DNA of 64,000 nucleotides from Mobula hypostoma. Lineage: Eukaryota. Shown piece after piece: positions 13,120-52,200 of this stretch (positions are counted from its first letter, which is position 1; each line of letters begins with the position of its first letter). The notes under the pieces are model-generated. The model ran no database searches and was not told where the DNA came from. It saw nothing but the letters and a program-made list of their open reading frames with translations. The stretch is from NCBI RefSeq assembly GCF_963921235.1, contig NC_086104.1, forward strand, positions 130,758,001-130,822,000, read 5' to 3'. Position numbers and translations under genes: made by a program.

Positions 13120-15395
13120 AAACATAGAACATAGAATAGTACAGTACAGTACAGGCCCTTCAGCCCACAATGTTGTGCTGACCCTCAAATCCTGCCTCCC
13201 ATATAAGCCCCCACCTTAAATTCCTCCATATACCTGTCTAGTAGTCTCTTAAACTTCACTAGTGTATCTGCCTCCACCACTGACTCAGGCAGTGCATTCC
13301 ACGCACCAACCACTCTCTGAGTAAAAAACCTTCCTCTAATATCCCCCTTGAACTTCCCACCCCTTACCTTAAAGCCATGTCCTCTTGTATTGAGCAGTGG
13401 TGCCCTAGGGAAGAGGTGCTGGCTATCCACTCTATCTATTCCTCTTATTATCTTGTACACTTCTATCATGTCTCCTCTCATCCTCCCTCTCTCCAAAGAG
13501 TAAAGCCCTAGCTCCCTTAATCTCTGATCATAATGCATACTCTCTAAACCAGGCAGCATCCTGGTAAATCTCCTCTGTACCCTTTCCAATGCTTCCACAT
13601 CCTTCCTATAGTGAGGTGACCAGAACTGGACACAGTACTCCAAGTGTGGCCTAACCAGTTTTATAGAGCTGCATCATTACATCGCGACTCTTAAACTCTA
13701 TCCCTCGACTTATGAAAGCTAACACCCCATAAGCTTTCTTAACTACCCTAGCCACCTCTGAGGCAACTTTCAGGGACCAGTGGACATGTACCCCGAGATC
13801 CCTCTGCTCCTCCACACTACCAAGTATCCTGCCATTTACTTTGTACTCTGCCTTGGAGTTTGTCCTTCCAAAGTGTACCACCTCACACTTCTCCGGGTTG
13901 AACTCCATCTGCCACTTCTCAGCCCACTTCTGCATCCTATCAATGTCTCTCTGCAATCTTTGACAATCCTCTGCACTATCTACAACACCACCAACCTTTG
14001 TGTCGTCTGCAAACTTGCCAACCCACCCTTCTACCCCCACATCCAGGTCGTTAATAAAAATCACGAAAAGTAGAGGTCCCAGAACAGATCCTTGTGGGAC
14101 ACCACTAGTCACAATCCTCCAATCTGAATGTATTCCCTCCACCACCACCCTCTGCCTTCTGCAGGCAAGCCAATTCTGAATCCACCTGGCCAAACTTCCC
14201 TGGATCCCATGCCTTCTAACTTTCTGAATAAGCCTACTGTATGGAACCTTGTCAAATGCCTTACTAAAATCCATATAGATCACATCCACTGCACTACCCT
14301 CATCTATATGCCTGGTCACCTCCTCAAAGAACTCTATCAGGCTTGTTAGACACGATCTGCCCTTCACAAAGCCATGCTGACTGTCCCTGCTCAGACCATG
14401 ATTCTCTAAATGCCTATAGATCCTATCTCTAAGAATCTTTTCCAACAGCTTTCCCACCACAGACGTAAGGCTCACTGGTCTATAATTACCCGGACTATCC
14501 CTACCACCTTTTTTGAACAAAGGGACAACATTCGCCTCCCTCCAATCCTCCGGTACCATTCCCGTGGACAACGAGGACATAAAGATCCTAGCCAGAGGCT
14601 CAGCAATCTCTTCTCTCACCTCGTGGAGCAGCCTGGGGAATATTCCATCAGGCCCCAGGGACTTATCTGTCCTAATGTATTTTAACAAATCCAACACCTC
14701 CTCTCCCTTAATATCAACATGCTCCAGAACATCAACCTCACTCATATTGTCCTCACCATCATCAAGTTCCCTCTCATTGGTGAATACCGAAGAGAAGTAT
14801 TCATTGAGGACCTCGCTCACTTCCACAGCCTCCAGGCACATCTTCCCACCTTTATCTCTAATCCGTCCCACCTTCACTCCTGTCATCCTTTTTTCTTCAC
14901 ATAATTGAAGAATGCCTTGGGGTTTTCCTTTACCCTATTCGCCAAGGCCTTCTCATGCCCCCTTCTTGCTCTTCTCAGCCCCTTCTTAAGCTCCTTCCTT
15001 GCTACCCTATATTCAATAGACCCATCTGATCCTTGTTTCCTAAACCTCATGTATGCTGCCTTCTTCCACCTGACTAGATTTTCCACCTCACTTGTCACCC
15101 ATGGTTCCCTCACCCTACCACTCTTTATCTTCCTCACCAGGACAAATTTATCCCTAACATCCCGCAAGAGATCTCTAAACATCGACCACATGTCCATAGT
15201 ACATTTCCCTGCAAAAACATCATCCCAATTCACACCCGCAAGTTCTAGCCTTATAGCCTTTCCCCAATTAAAAATTTTCCTGTCCTCTCTGATTCTGTCC
15301 TTTTCCATGATAATGCTAAAGGCCAGGGATCGGTGGTCACTGTACCCCAGATGCTCACCCACTGACAGATCTGTGACCTGACCCGGTTCATTACC
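13120..15395 (-). mobile_element. Relatively young CR1 LINE, 5'-truncated, inserted in an older + strand CR1 (about 12330-16470)
   Basis: 411-aa open RT stretch 13651-14886 (QGSVLGPLLF, KFADDTK); adjoining ORFs joined by frameshifts; (ttctatg)n tail. Confidence 0.92.
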
Positions 15396-16818
15396 TAGTA
15401 CTACATAATGTTGTTTGAGATAAATATAAATGCTCGCTTGACATGTAGATGAGTGGATTAGTAAGTTTGCAGCCGACACAAAAAAACATAGAATTGCGGA
15501 GAGTGAACAAGGTGTTCAAAATGTAGAGCAGAATATAGATATGGGATGGGAAATGACAGAATCAGCTTAATCCAAGGATTTGATCATGTTGTGCTTTTGG
15601 AGATTTAATGGGGAAAATTATACCATTAATAGCACAACCTTTAAGAGCACCGATGTACTGAAGGATCATGGGGTCCAAGTGCATAACTCCCAGAAAGTAA
15701 CAACACAAGTAGAAAGGATGGTTAAAAGGAAAACATACAACTTGCTTGCTTTCAGCAGTCAGAGCACGGAGGATATGAATAAAGAAATCAAGTTGCAGCT
15801 GTATACAACTGGTTCGGGCGCACGTGGAGTATTGGACACATTATAAGAAGTATGTGGAGGCTTTGGGGAGAGTGCAGAAGACATTTAACAGGGTACTGTA
15901 TGGATTGGAGGTTATTTGCTAGAAGAAAAGGTTGGACAAACTTGTGTTGTTTTCTCTGGAGTATCACAGGCTGAGGGGAGACCTGACTAGAGGTTTACAA
16001 AAATATGAAGGGCAAACAGTTAAAATCTGTTTCCCAGCGGAGATATGTCGAATACTTAAGGACCTAGGGAGAGTTTAATGGAGATGCGCGTGTAAGTTAT
16101 TTTACACAGACAGGTGCCTGGAGCACGTTGCCGGTGGGAGTTGGCAGAAGCTCAAGTCGAGTTGAATTGATTGTCATGTGGACATGTGTGGTAAGGTGAA
16201 GTACAATGCCAAACTTGCTTGCAGGGCATCAAAAACATGTAGGTACAGACAACAGACTGAACATTAACCATGCATAAAATTATACCATTCAGTGGAAAAT
16301 GAAGACTGTGCAAAATTGCAATGAAAAACTAAGACACAATTGAAGTTGACGGCATGTTGACATGATAGAGACGGTTAAGGGGCATTTAGAAGGAGGGGTT
16401 ATGGATCATGCAAAGGCAGATAGGTTCAGGTTATCTTGGGATCATGTGCTGAAGGGCTTGTTTCTGTGCTTACTGCTGCTTGATGTCCTGTTGGAGAGAA
16501 TCTCTCTTGGGTCCTGCTGGCTGCTTTTGTGAAAATGTTCCACTAAAGCCATTATTTTAAGTCCTTATAGGAAATGGCCTGTGGCAGTAATAAATTCACT
16601 GGCTTTTCACCACTTCTTCTGTTCCCATTCCTTTTTTCTCTGTCCTCTAGGACCTTGGTGGTATCATTTGTTGAAATAAACAGTTCCCAGCGCAGAGAAA
16701 ACACTGCCCCCTCTCAAACTTCAGCACGAGGAAATCTGTAGATGCTGGAATTTCAAGCAACACACATAAAAGTTGCTGGTGAACGCAGCAGGCCAGGCAG
16801 CATCTATAGGAAGAGGTA

Positions 16819-16856
16819 CAGTCGACGTTTCGAGCCGAGACCCTTCGTCAGGACTA
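16819..16856 (-). ncRNA. Minimal type-I hammerhead ribozyme, intact core
   Basis: Reverse complement tagtc-CTGACGA-A-GGGTCTCGGCTC-GAAAC-GTC^gactg. Confidence 0.7.
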
Positions 16857-18112
16857 ACTGAAAGAAGAGATAGTAAGACATTTGAAAGTGGGAGGGGGAG
16901 GGGGAGATCCAAAATGATAGGAGAAGACAGGAGGGGGAGGGATGGAGCCAAGAGCTGGACAGGTGATTGGCAAAAGGGATATGAGAGGATCATGGGACAG
17001 GAGGCCTAGGGAGAAAGAAAGGGGAGAGGGGAAGCCCAGAGGATGGGCAAGGAGTATAGTGAGAGGGACAGCGGGAGAAAAAGGAGAGAGAGAGAAAAAA
17101 ATTAATAATAATATGTAAATAAATAACGCATGGGGTATGCATCTCTCCCATTTCACGCACATCTGCTCTCACCCCATCCTCCCGCCACCCCACTAGGAAT
17201 AGGGTTCCCCTTGTCCTCACCTACCACCCCACCAGCCTCCGGTCCAACATGTAATTCTCCGTAACTTCCGCCACCTCCAACGGGATCCCCCCACTAAGCA
17301 CATCTTTCCCTCCCCCCCCACCTCTGCTTTCCGCAGGGATTGCTCCTTACGCGACTCCCTTGTCCATTCGTTCCCCCCCCATCCCTTCCCACCGATCTCC
17401 CTCCCGGCACTTATCCTTGTAAGCGGAACAAGTGCTACACGTGCCCTTACACTTCCTCCCTCACCACCATTCAGGGCCCCAGACAGTCCTCCCAGGTGAG
17501 GCCACACTTCACCTGTGAGTCGGCTGGGGTGATATACTGCGTCCGGTGCTCCGGATGTGGCCTTCTATATATTGGTGAGACCCGACACAGACTGGGAGAT
17601 CGTTTCGCTGAACACCTACGCTCTGTCCGCCAGAGAAAACAGGATCTCCCAGTGGCCACACATTTTAATTCCACGTCCCATTCCCATTTTGATATGCCTA
17701 TCCACAGCCTCCTCTACTGTAAAGATGAAGCCACACTCAGGTTGGAGGAACACCACCTTATATTCCATCTGGGTAGCCTCCAACCTGATGGCATGAACAT
17801 TGACTTCTCTAACTTCCGTTAGTGCCCCATCTCCCCTTCGTACCCCATCCGTTATTTATTTATTATTATTTTCTCTCTCTCCCTTTTCTCCCTCTGTCCC
17901 CCTCACTATACCGCTTGCCCATCCTCTAGGTTTTTCCCCCCTCCCCCTTTTCTTTCTCCCTGGGCCTCCTGTCCCATGATCCTCTCATATCCCTTTTGGC
18001 AATTGCCTGTCCAGCTCTTGGCTCCATCCCTCCCCCTCCTGTCTTCTCCTATCATTTTGGATCTCCCCCTCCCCCTCCCCCTCTCAAATCTCTTACTAGC
18101 TCTTCCTTCAGT

Positions 18113-18150
18113 TGGTCCTGATGAAGGGTCTTGGCCCGAAACGTCGACTG
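18113..18150 (+). ncRNA. Minimal type-I hammerhead ribozyme, intact core; predicted cleavage after 18145
   Basis: tggtc-CTGATGA-A-GGGTCTTGGCCC-GAAAC-GTC^gactg (stem I has G:U pairs). Confidence 0.7.
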
Positions 18151-18639
18151 TACCTCTTCCTAGATGCTGCCTGACCTGCTGCGTTCACCAGCAACTTTGA
18201 TATGTGTCCCTTCTCAAACTTGCTCACTTGCATCAGAATCCACCAGATGTCACACCACCAAGTGAAGCCCCCCAATTCTCTTACCCCTCACACTTGGTCA
18301 CTCATTTCTTGCTACCTCGGCAGTAATATCTCACACTCAACGCTGATATGGCATCCACCGGTTCAACAGAACAAGCTGGCAGGGCAGCGCAAAGGAAACA
18401 GCCTTTAATGCAGGTTCATTTTCAGCAGGGCCCCATACCACAATGCAGCAGAAGTCCTACACGTACTCTGCATGGTCCTTATAGGCAAATGAACCCTCGA
18501 ATGGTACTATACACTCTTCTGCTGATGTAAATATTTGTTGATCGGTAAGTATAACTTTATGGCAATTCATGACGGTGCAAAGTCTGTTCCAGTGGTCACT
18601 GGAGCCGTGCCAATTAACACGGTCTTTCAGTCATAACAT

Positions 18640-19060
18640 TGCAGAAGTCCGACCCTCTCTCGTACGGCCAGCGTCCCGAGAGCGCGCGCGCAAGGAAGTG
18701 CCTCGACTTCCGTTTGGGCAGAGGCGCGTGCGCGCCCGCGCGGTCCGGGATTCTCGGCTGCGGAGCGTGCGCGCGCGCGCGGCCGGGTCGCCGGTCTCGC
18801 GTTAAAGGCCCCGCCGCCCGCCGAGGACGAGCTGCTGGTCGCTACGGGGCTCAGGCTGCTGGGGATGACACTCGAATCCATGCGGTCGGCCTCGTCTTCC
18901 TCATAACCGAACTATTTAACTCTGTACGTTAAACCACCGCTGGGTTTGATCTTATCATCGTTAAGTTTCGCCCTTACTCGTCAGATCTGTCTCGCTGTTA
19001 ATTATGTTTCACTTTCATCTTAAATTTCACTTGGAATATTGATTTAGTGTTGACACGCGT
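18640..19060 (+). promoter_or_regulatory. CpG-island promoter, probable POLM TSS and first non-coding exon
   Basis: Only CpG-dense non-repeat island in the window, about 1.5 kb upstream of the ATG exon. Two opposed ETS/GABP cores (GGAAGTG 18694-18700, ACTTCCG 18706-18712) and an NRF1-like GCGCGTGCGC at 18724-18733. Confidence 0.75.
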
Positions 19061-19211
19061 GTTTTTGTAGGAGTTGGTATGTTGAATGTCAGGTCGTATT
19101 CCCCACAAGCGAAGTTGCCTTCCATGTTACTTATTTACATAATACTTGAGCAACACACATCAAAGTTGCTGGTGAACGCAGCAGGCCAAGCAGCATCTAT
19201 AGGAAGAGGCG

Positions 19212-19249
19212 CAGTCGACGTTTCAGGCCGAGACCCTTCGTCAGGACTA
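19212..19249 (-). ncRNA. Minimal type-I hammerhead ribozyme, intact core
   Basis: Exact inverted copy of 20002-20039. Confidence 0.75.
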
Positions 19250-20001
19250 ACTGAAGGAAGAGTGAGTAAGGGATTTGAAAGTTGGAGGGGGAGGGGGAGA
19301 TGCAAAATGATAGGAGAAGACAGGAGGGGGAGGGATAGAGCCGAGAGCTGGACAGGTGATAGGCAAAAGGGGATACGAGAGGATCATGGGACAGGAGGTC
19401 CGGAAAGAAAGACGGGGGGGGGGGTGACCCAGAGGATGGGGAAGAGGTATATTCAGAGGGACAGAGGGAGAAAAAGGAGAGTGAGAGAAAGAATGTGCAT
19501 AAAAATGAGTAACAGCTGGGGTACGAGGGGGAGGTGGGGCCTAGCGGAAGTTAGAGAAGTCAATGTTCATGCCATCAGGTTGGAGGCTACCCAGACGGAA
19601 TATAAGGTGTTGTTCCTCCAACCTGAGTGTGGCTTCATCTTTACAGTAGAGGAGGCCGTGGATAGACATGTCAGAATGGGAATGGGATGTGGAATTAAAA
19701 TGTGTGGCCACTGGGAGATCCTGCTACCCCATCTATTACTTATTTTTATGCACACATTCTTTCTCTCACTCTCCTTTTTCTCCCTCTGTCCCTCTGAATA
19801 TACCTCTTGCCCATCCTCTGGGTCCCTTCCCCCCCCCGTCTTTCTTTCCGGACCTCCTGTCCCATGATCCTCTCGTATCCCCTTTTGCCTATCACCTGTC
19901 CAGCTCTTGGCTCTATCCCTCCCCCTCCTGTCTTCTCCTATCATTTTGGATCTCCCCCTCCCCCTCCAACTTTCAAATCCCTTACTCACTCTTCCTTCAG
20001 T

Positions 20002-20039
20002 TAGTCCTGACGAAGGGTCTCGGCCTGAAACGTCGACTG
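20002..20039 (+). ncRNA. Minimal type-I hammerhead ribozyme, intact core; predicted cleavage after 20034
   Basis: tAGTC-CTGACGA-A-GGGTCTCGGCCT-GAAAC-GTC^GACTg; stem I agtc/gact, palindromic ACGT helix III. Confidence 0.75.
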
Positions 20040-20406
20040 CACCTCTTCCTACAGATGCTGCCTGGCCTGCTGCATTCACCAGCAACTTTGTGTGTTGCTT
20101 GAATTTCCAGCATCTGCAGAATTCCTGTTGTTTGCATAATACTTAATGTTGTTCTGAGTCCTGGTGAAGGATTTCTGCCTGACATGAAGATTATTGATTT
20201 CCCTCCATAAGATGCTGCCTGACCTGCTGATTTCATTCGCTTTCTCTGTGTGTGTTGCTCCGATTTACGGTATCTTCAGTCTTATCTTGTGTCTCATGCT
20301 GTACCTTGTGAAGTTTCTTTCCTGAAATTGACCCAAGCCCTTCTTTCAGCAGTAATACTCTACCTTTGCCTTCCTCAGGTCAGTGAGCTCCTGTGTCAGC
20401 TGCACC

Positions 20407-48957
<28,551 letters not shown>

Positions 48958-49407
48958 TCAGCTGAGCTCAGGCCATTGGAATACACAAATACTGTGGAGA
49001 ATGGTTCCGGAAAAAAATATTGGTAGCACTTTTGTCAATTTACACTGGGTAAAAGGTGGGCACTCACCCAGGACTACTGCTGTACAGTAAGCTGTTGAAT
49101 TTGTAATTCATGATGGTACAGATTGTTCAGCAGCTTGGATGTGGTTTCTGTCTGATGCATATCTGGATGTGTATCAGTGGTTGAGTGGGATCACTGTCAC
49201 TCCATAGTTTCTGGATTCAACTCCAACTCAAGAAAAAGATGCATAATGTCAGCTGACGTTGAGGGATCACTGCACTGTAAAAGGTGCTACTAATTTGAGA
49301 TCATGTATCCTCTAAGATGCATGTGAAATATCCCATGCTGCTATCATAATAAAAGCATGAACAATCTTCCCAGGATCATGGTCATCTGAACTTTAATAAC
49401 TAAATGG

Positions 49408-49418
49408 AATAAAATAAA
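49408..49418 (+). terminator. Overlapping AATAAA polyadenylation signals, probable POLM 3' end
   Basis: AATAAAATAAA about 450 nt after the stop codon, followed by GT/T-rich sequence. Confidence 0.55.
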
Positions 49419-49844
49419 AGCAATAAGTTTGGAATAAGTTGTTGTTTTTGTGGAACTTTCTGCACTGCATTTTCCACATTGAAATGGTGACCACACTTCA
49501 AACAAGTTTTGTTTGCTGTAGAGTGGTTTGGCACCGATTGAGATTATGAAGATAGTATGAAACAAGAAGATGACAAAAATCGTGTTTTCCAGAATCTCTT
49601 AATTTTTTTTTCTCTGTCAAACTACCCAGGCTGTTTGATTCTTAAAATATTCTGTGGTTTTGAAATGATGATGAAGAACTACAGATCTTGGAACAAAAAG
49701 ACAAACTGCTGGAGCATTTGTTGAAGCAAGGGGATGGTCGCTGGTTGACTGTCTGCCTCCGCAGATGCTGCTTGACCCATTCAGTTCCTCCTGCAGTTCT
49801 TTTCACTCTCGCGTTTGTGAACTAAATTGTTCTACCATTCCTGT

Positions 49845-49857
49845 CCACTAGAGGGCA
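49845..49857 (+). promoter_or_regulatory. Putative CTCF site downstream of POLM
   Basis: CCACTAGAGGGCA fits the CCASYAGRKGGCR core, in unique sequence with local CpGs. Confidence 0.45.
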
Positions 49858-50039
49858 TCTGTAGACTGAGCGTAGAGCACGCTAGCGGCTGGATGGAGTT
49901 GTCCTTAATCAGTACAATAATTTCTATTGGTCTTCATTTCACAAAGTAGAATAAGCAGAAATTCTGGAAATTGGTAAAAGTAAAATAAAAGTGGGTAATA
50001 AAATGGATTCAGTAACACAAGACTGTAGTTATGGAACGC

Positions 50040-50720
50040 CAATTCAGCAGATGCTGGAAATCTTGAGCAACACACACAAAATGCTGAAGGAGTTCAGCAA
50101 GCCAAGCAGCATCAATGGAAGTTAATAAACAGTCAAGATTTCAAGCCAAAATCCTTCATCAGGACTGGAAAGGAAGGGGACAGAGTTCCGAATAATGTGG
50201 GAGTGGGGAAAGGAGTAGAAGTTGGTAGGTGATGAGCAAGACTGGGTGGGTGGAGAGGAGATGAAGTTGGAAGGTGATTGGTGGAAGAGGTAAGGGACTG
50301 AAAAATAAGGAAACTAATGGGAGAAAACAGTGGACCATGGAAGAAAGGGAAGGAGGAGGGGAACCAGATGGAGGTGATGGGCATCTGAGAAGACAGGAGG
50401 TGAGAAGGTAACCAGGATGAGTAATGGAAAAATAGAGGAGAGGGGGAGAAATTACTACAAGTTAGAGAAATCAATTTCCATCCCATTATTTTTTTTCAGA
50501 TAAATAAAGAGTAAAAGAGGCAAGAGTGGATATTGAACTACTGGAAAAAAATGATGCTGGGTGGTAGTAATAGGGGACAAACAGTGGATGAACTTGAACA
50601 GAATATGAGGTGCGGTTCCTCCAACCCAAGTTTGGCCGTAGTGGAGGTTCTGGACAGGCATGGGCCTGCCCAAGCTTATTGAAATAGAGGCACCTATCAG
50701 AGAGGGTGCAACACTTGACC
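50040..50720 (-). mobile_element. Old Penelope pLTR and GIY-YIG remnant, interrupted by CR1 pieces
   Basis: pLTR tail, degenerate hammerhead at about 50128-50165, purine-rich pLTR body. Confidence 0.6.
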
Positions 50721-51419
50721 TCTTCCTGGGGAATGAGGTAGGGCAAGTGGTGGAAGTGTCTGTCAATAAGAACCTTGGGTCCAGTGACCATATCCTATTA
50801 GTTTTAAAATAGTTATGGAATAGGATATGACCAGTTCACAGTTTCAGGACCTGAACTGCAGCAGAACAAATTTTGGAGACATTGGCGGTCGATTGGCTGA
50901 GATCATTTGCAGGGAAAGGAGTGTCAGCAAAGTGCAATGCCAAGCATTCAGGACCTGCATGTTCCTGTTAGGGTGAAACAGAAGGCTGGCAGGTTTTAGG
51001 ACACTTGGTTGATGACAGAGATTGAGGCTCTGGTGAAGAAAAAGAGAGAGTCATACACTGTGCATAACCCATTGGCAACCCGTGAATCTCTTGTTGACTG
51101 CAAGAAGTATCGTGACACACTTAAGAGAGAAGTTGAGAGAGCTAAAAGAGGATGTGAGAAGGATTTGGCAGGCAAGGTGAGGTAAAATCCCAAGAGATTC
51201 TAGAGAAACATTAAGAGTAAAAGAGTGGCTATGCTGAGAATAGAAATGGTGAGAATTTTAATTAATTAAGGGAATGAGTGGTGTTGTCTTGGAACCTATA
51301 TGGAGTAGCAGGGAGGTACTGGAGGCCTTCAGGTGAATCAATCCCCAGGGTCTGACCTAGTGCATCCCCTGTGGGAAGCTAGAGGAAAAAAAATATGAAG
51401 CACCTTGAAGAGATTCTTG

Positions 51420-52200
51420 TGGTTTGAACGTGGAGAAGACCAAGGAAGTTATTGTGGATTTCAGGAAGGTGCAGATGAACCATCCCCCTCTGTGAATACA
51501 TGGCTCCTCCGCAGACAGTTAAGTGCACCAAATCCCTGGGAGTTCACGTCACTGATGACCTCACCTTATCCCTTAATATCATCTCCCCGAACAAGAAGGC
51601 ACAGCAGCACCTCCACTTCCTCAGATGATTGAGGCAAGCGAGGCTCTCCCTTCCCCATCTTAACTGCGTTTTACAGGAGCACCCCTGAGAATGTCCTAAC
51701 AAGCTGCATCTCCATCTGATCTGGGAGCAGTCAAGCATTGGACAGAAATTCCTACAAAGGACTGTGGGAATGGCTAAGAGGACCATAAAGGTCACCTTAC
51801 CATCTATTGGGGACATTTATCAGGAGTGCTGTGAAAGCAGGGCCCTTAGCATTATCAAGGATCCCTCCCATCCACCCACCATCCTCCTCCACTTTCTCCC
51901 GTCAGGGAGGAGACTTCAATCCATAAAAACAAGAACGGTCAGGATGGGAAATTGTTTTTCCCCTCAGGCCATTAGGCTTCTGAACTCCCTGCCACATTGC
52001 AATCAAAGTGTCACTGGTTAATCTGTTCTATACATTACCATATTTAATTTATGCACTTTATTTATGTGTAATCCATCTAGATTTTATCCTTACTTTCATA
52101 AGTTATTGTGTGTTATGTATACTACAGTACTTTACACCCTGGTTTGGAGAAACATTGTCTCATTTGAGGGAATACGTGTATATAGTTAAATGACAATAAG
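51420..52200 (+). mobile_element. Rex1/Babar LINE 3' fragment
   Basis: ALSIIKDPSHP...LPSGRRLQSIKTRT..GNCFSPQAIRLLN; (ttgac)n tail. Confidence 0.75.

Larger units (their letters stand above)
16722..18207 (+). mobile_element. 5'-truncated Penelope-like (Neptune-type) element A: inverted pLTR + GIY-YIG 3' end + pLTR
   Basis: ORF 17340-17822 with CxxxxCxxC linker and GIY-YIG (VIYC...LLYIGET...RFAEHL). Arms about 16760-17135 and 17840-18207 are inverted. 14-bp TSD ccc(c/t)tctcaaactt at 16708-16721 and 18208-18221. Confidence 0.9.
19148..20134 (-). mobile_element. 5'-truncated Penelope-like element B with inverted pLTR
   Basis: GIY-YIG C-terminal fragment (about 19520-19725, - strand) between about 370-bp inverted arms; 10-bp TSD cataatactt at 19138-19147 and 20135-20144. 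Confidence 0.9.

Noticed and set aside
18627-18932. ORFs across the CpG island
   Set aside because: Arg/Ala-rich low-complexity frames expected from GC-rich DNA; no domain similarity
19079-20102. Long ORFs of 262, 172 and 144 aa as novel genes
   Set aside because: They run through the purine/pyrimidine-skewed Penelope pLTR arms and mirror each other because of the inverted repeat
20155-20195. Active ribozyme next to POLM exon 1
   Set aside because: Core is CTGGTGA / GACAT; invariant positions are lost
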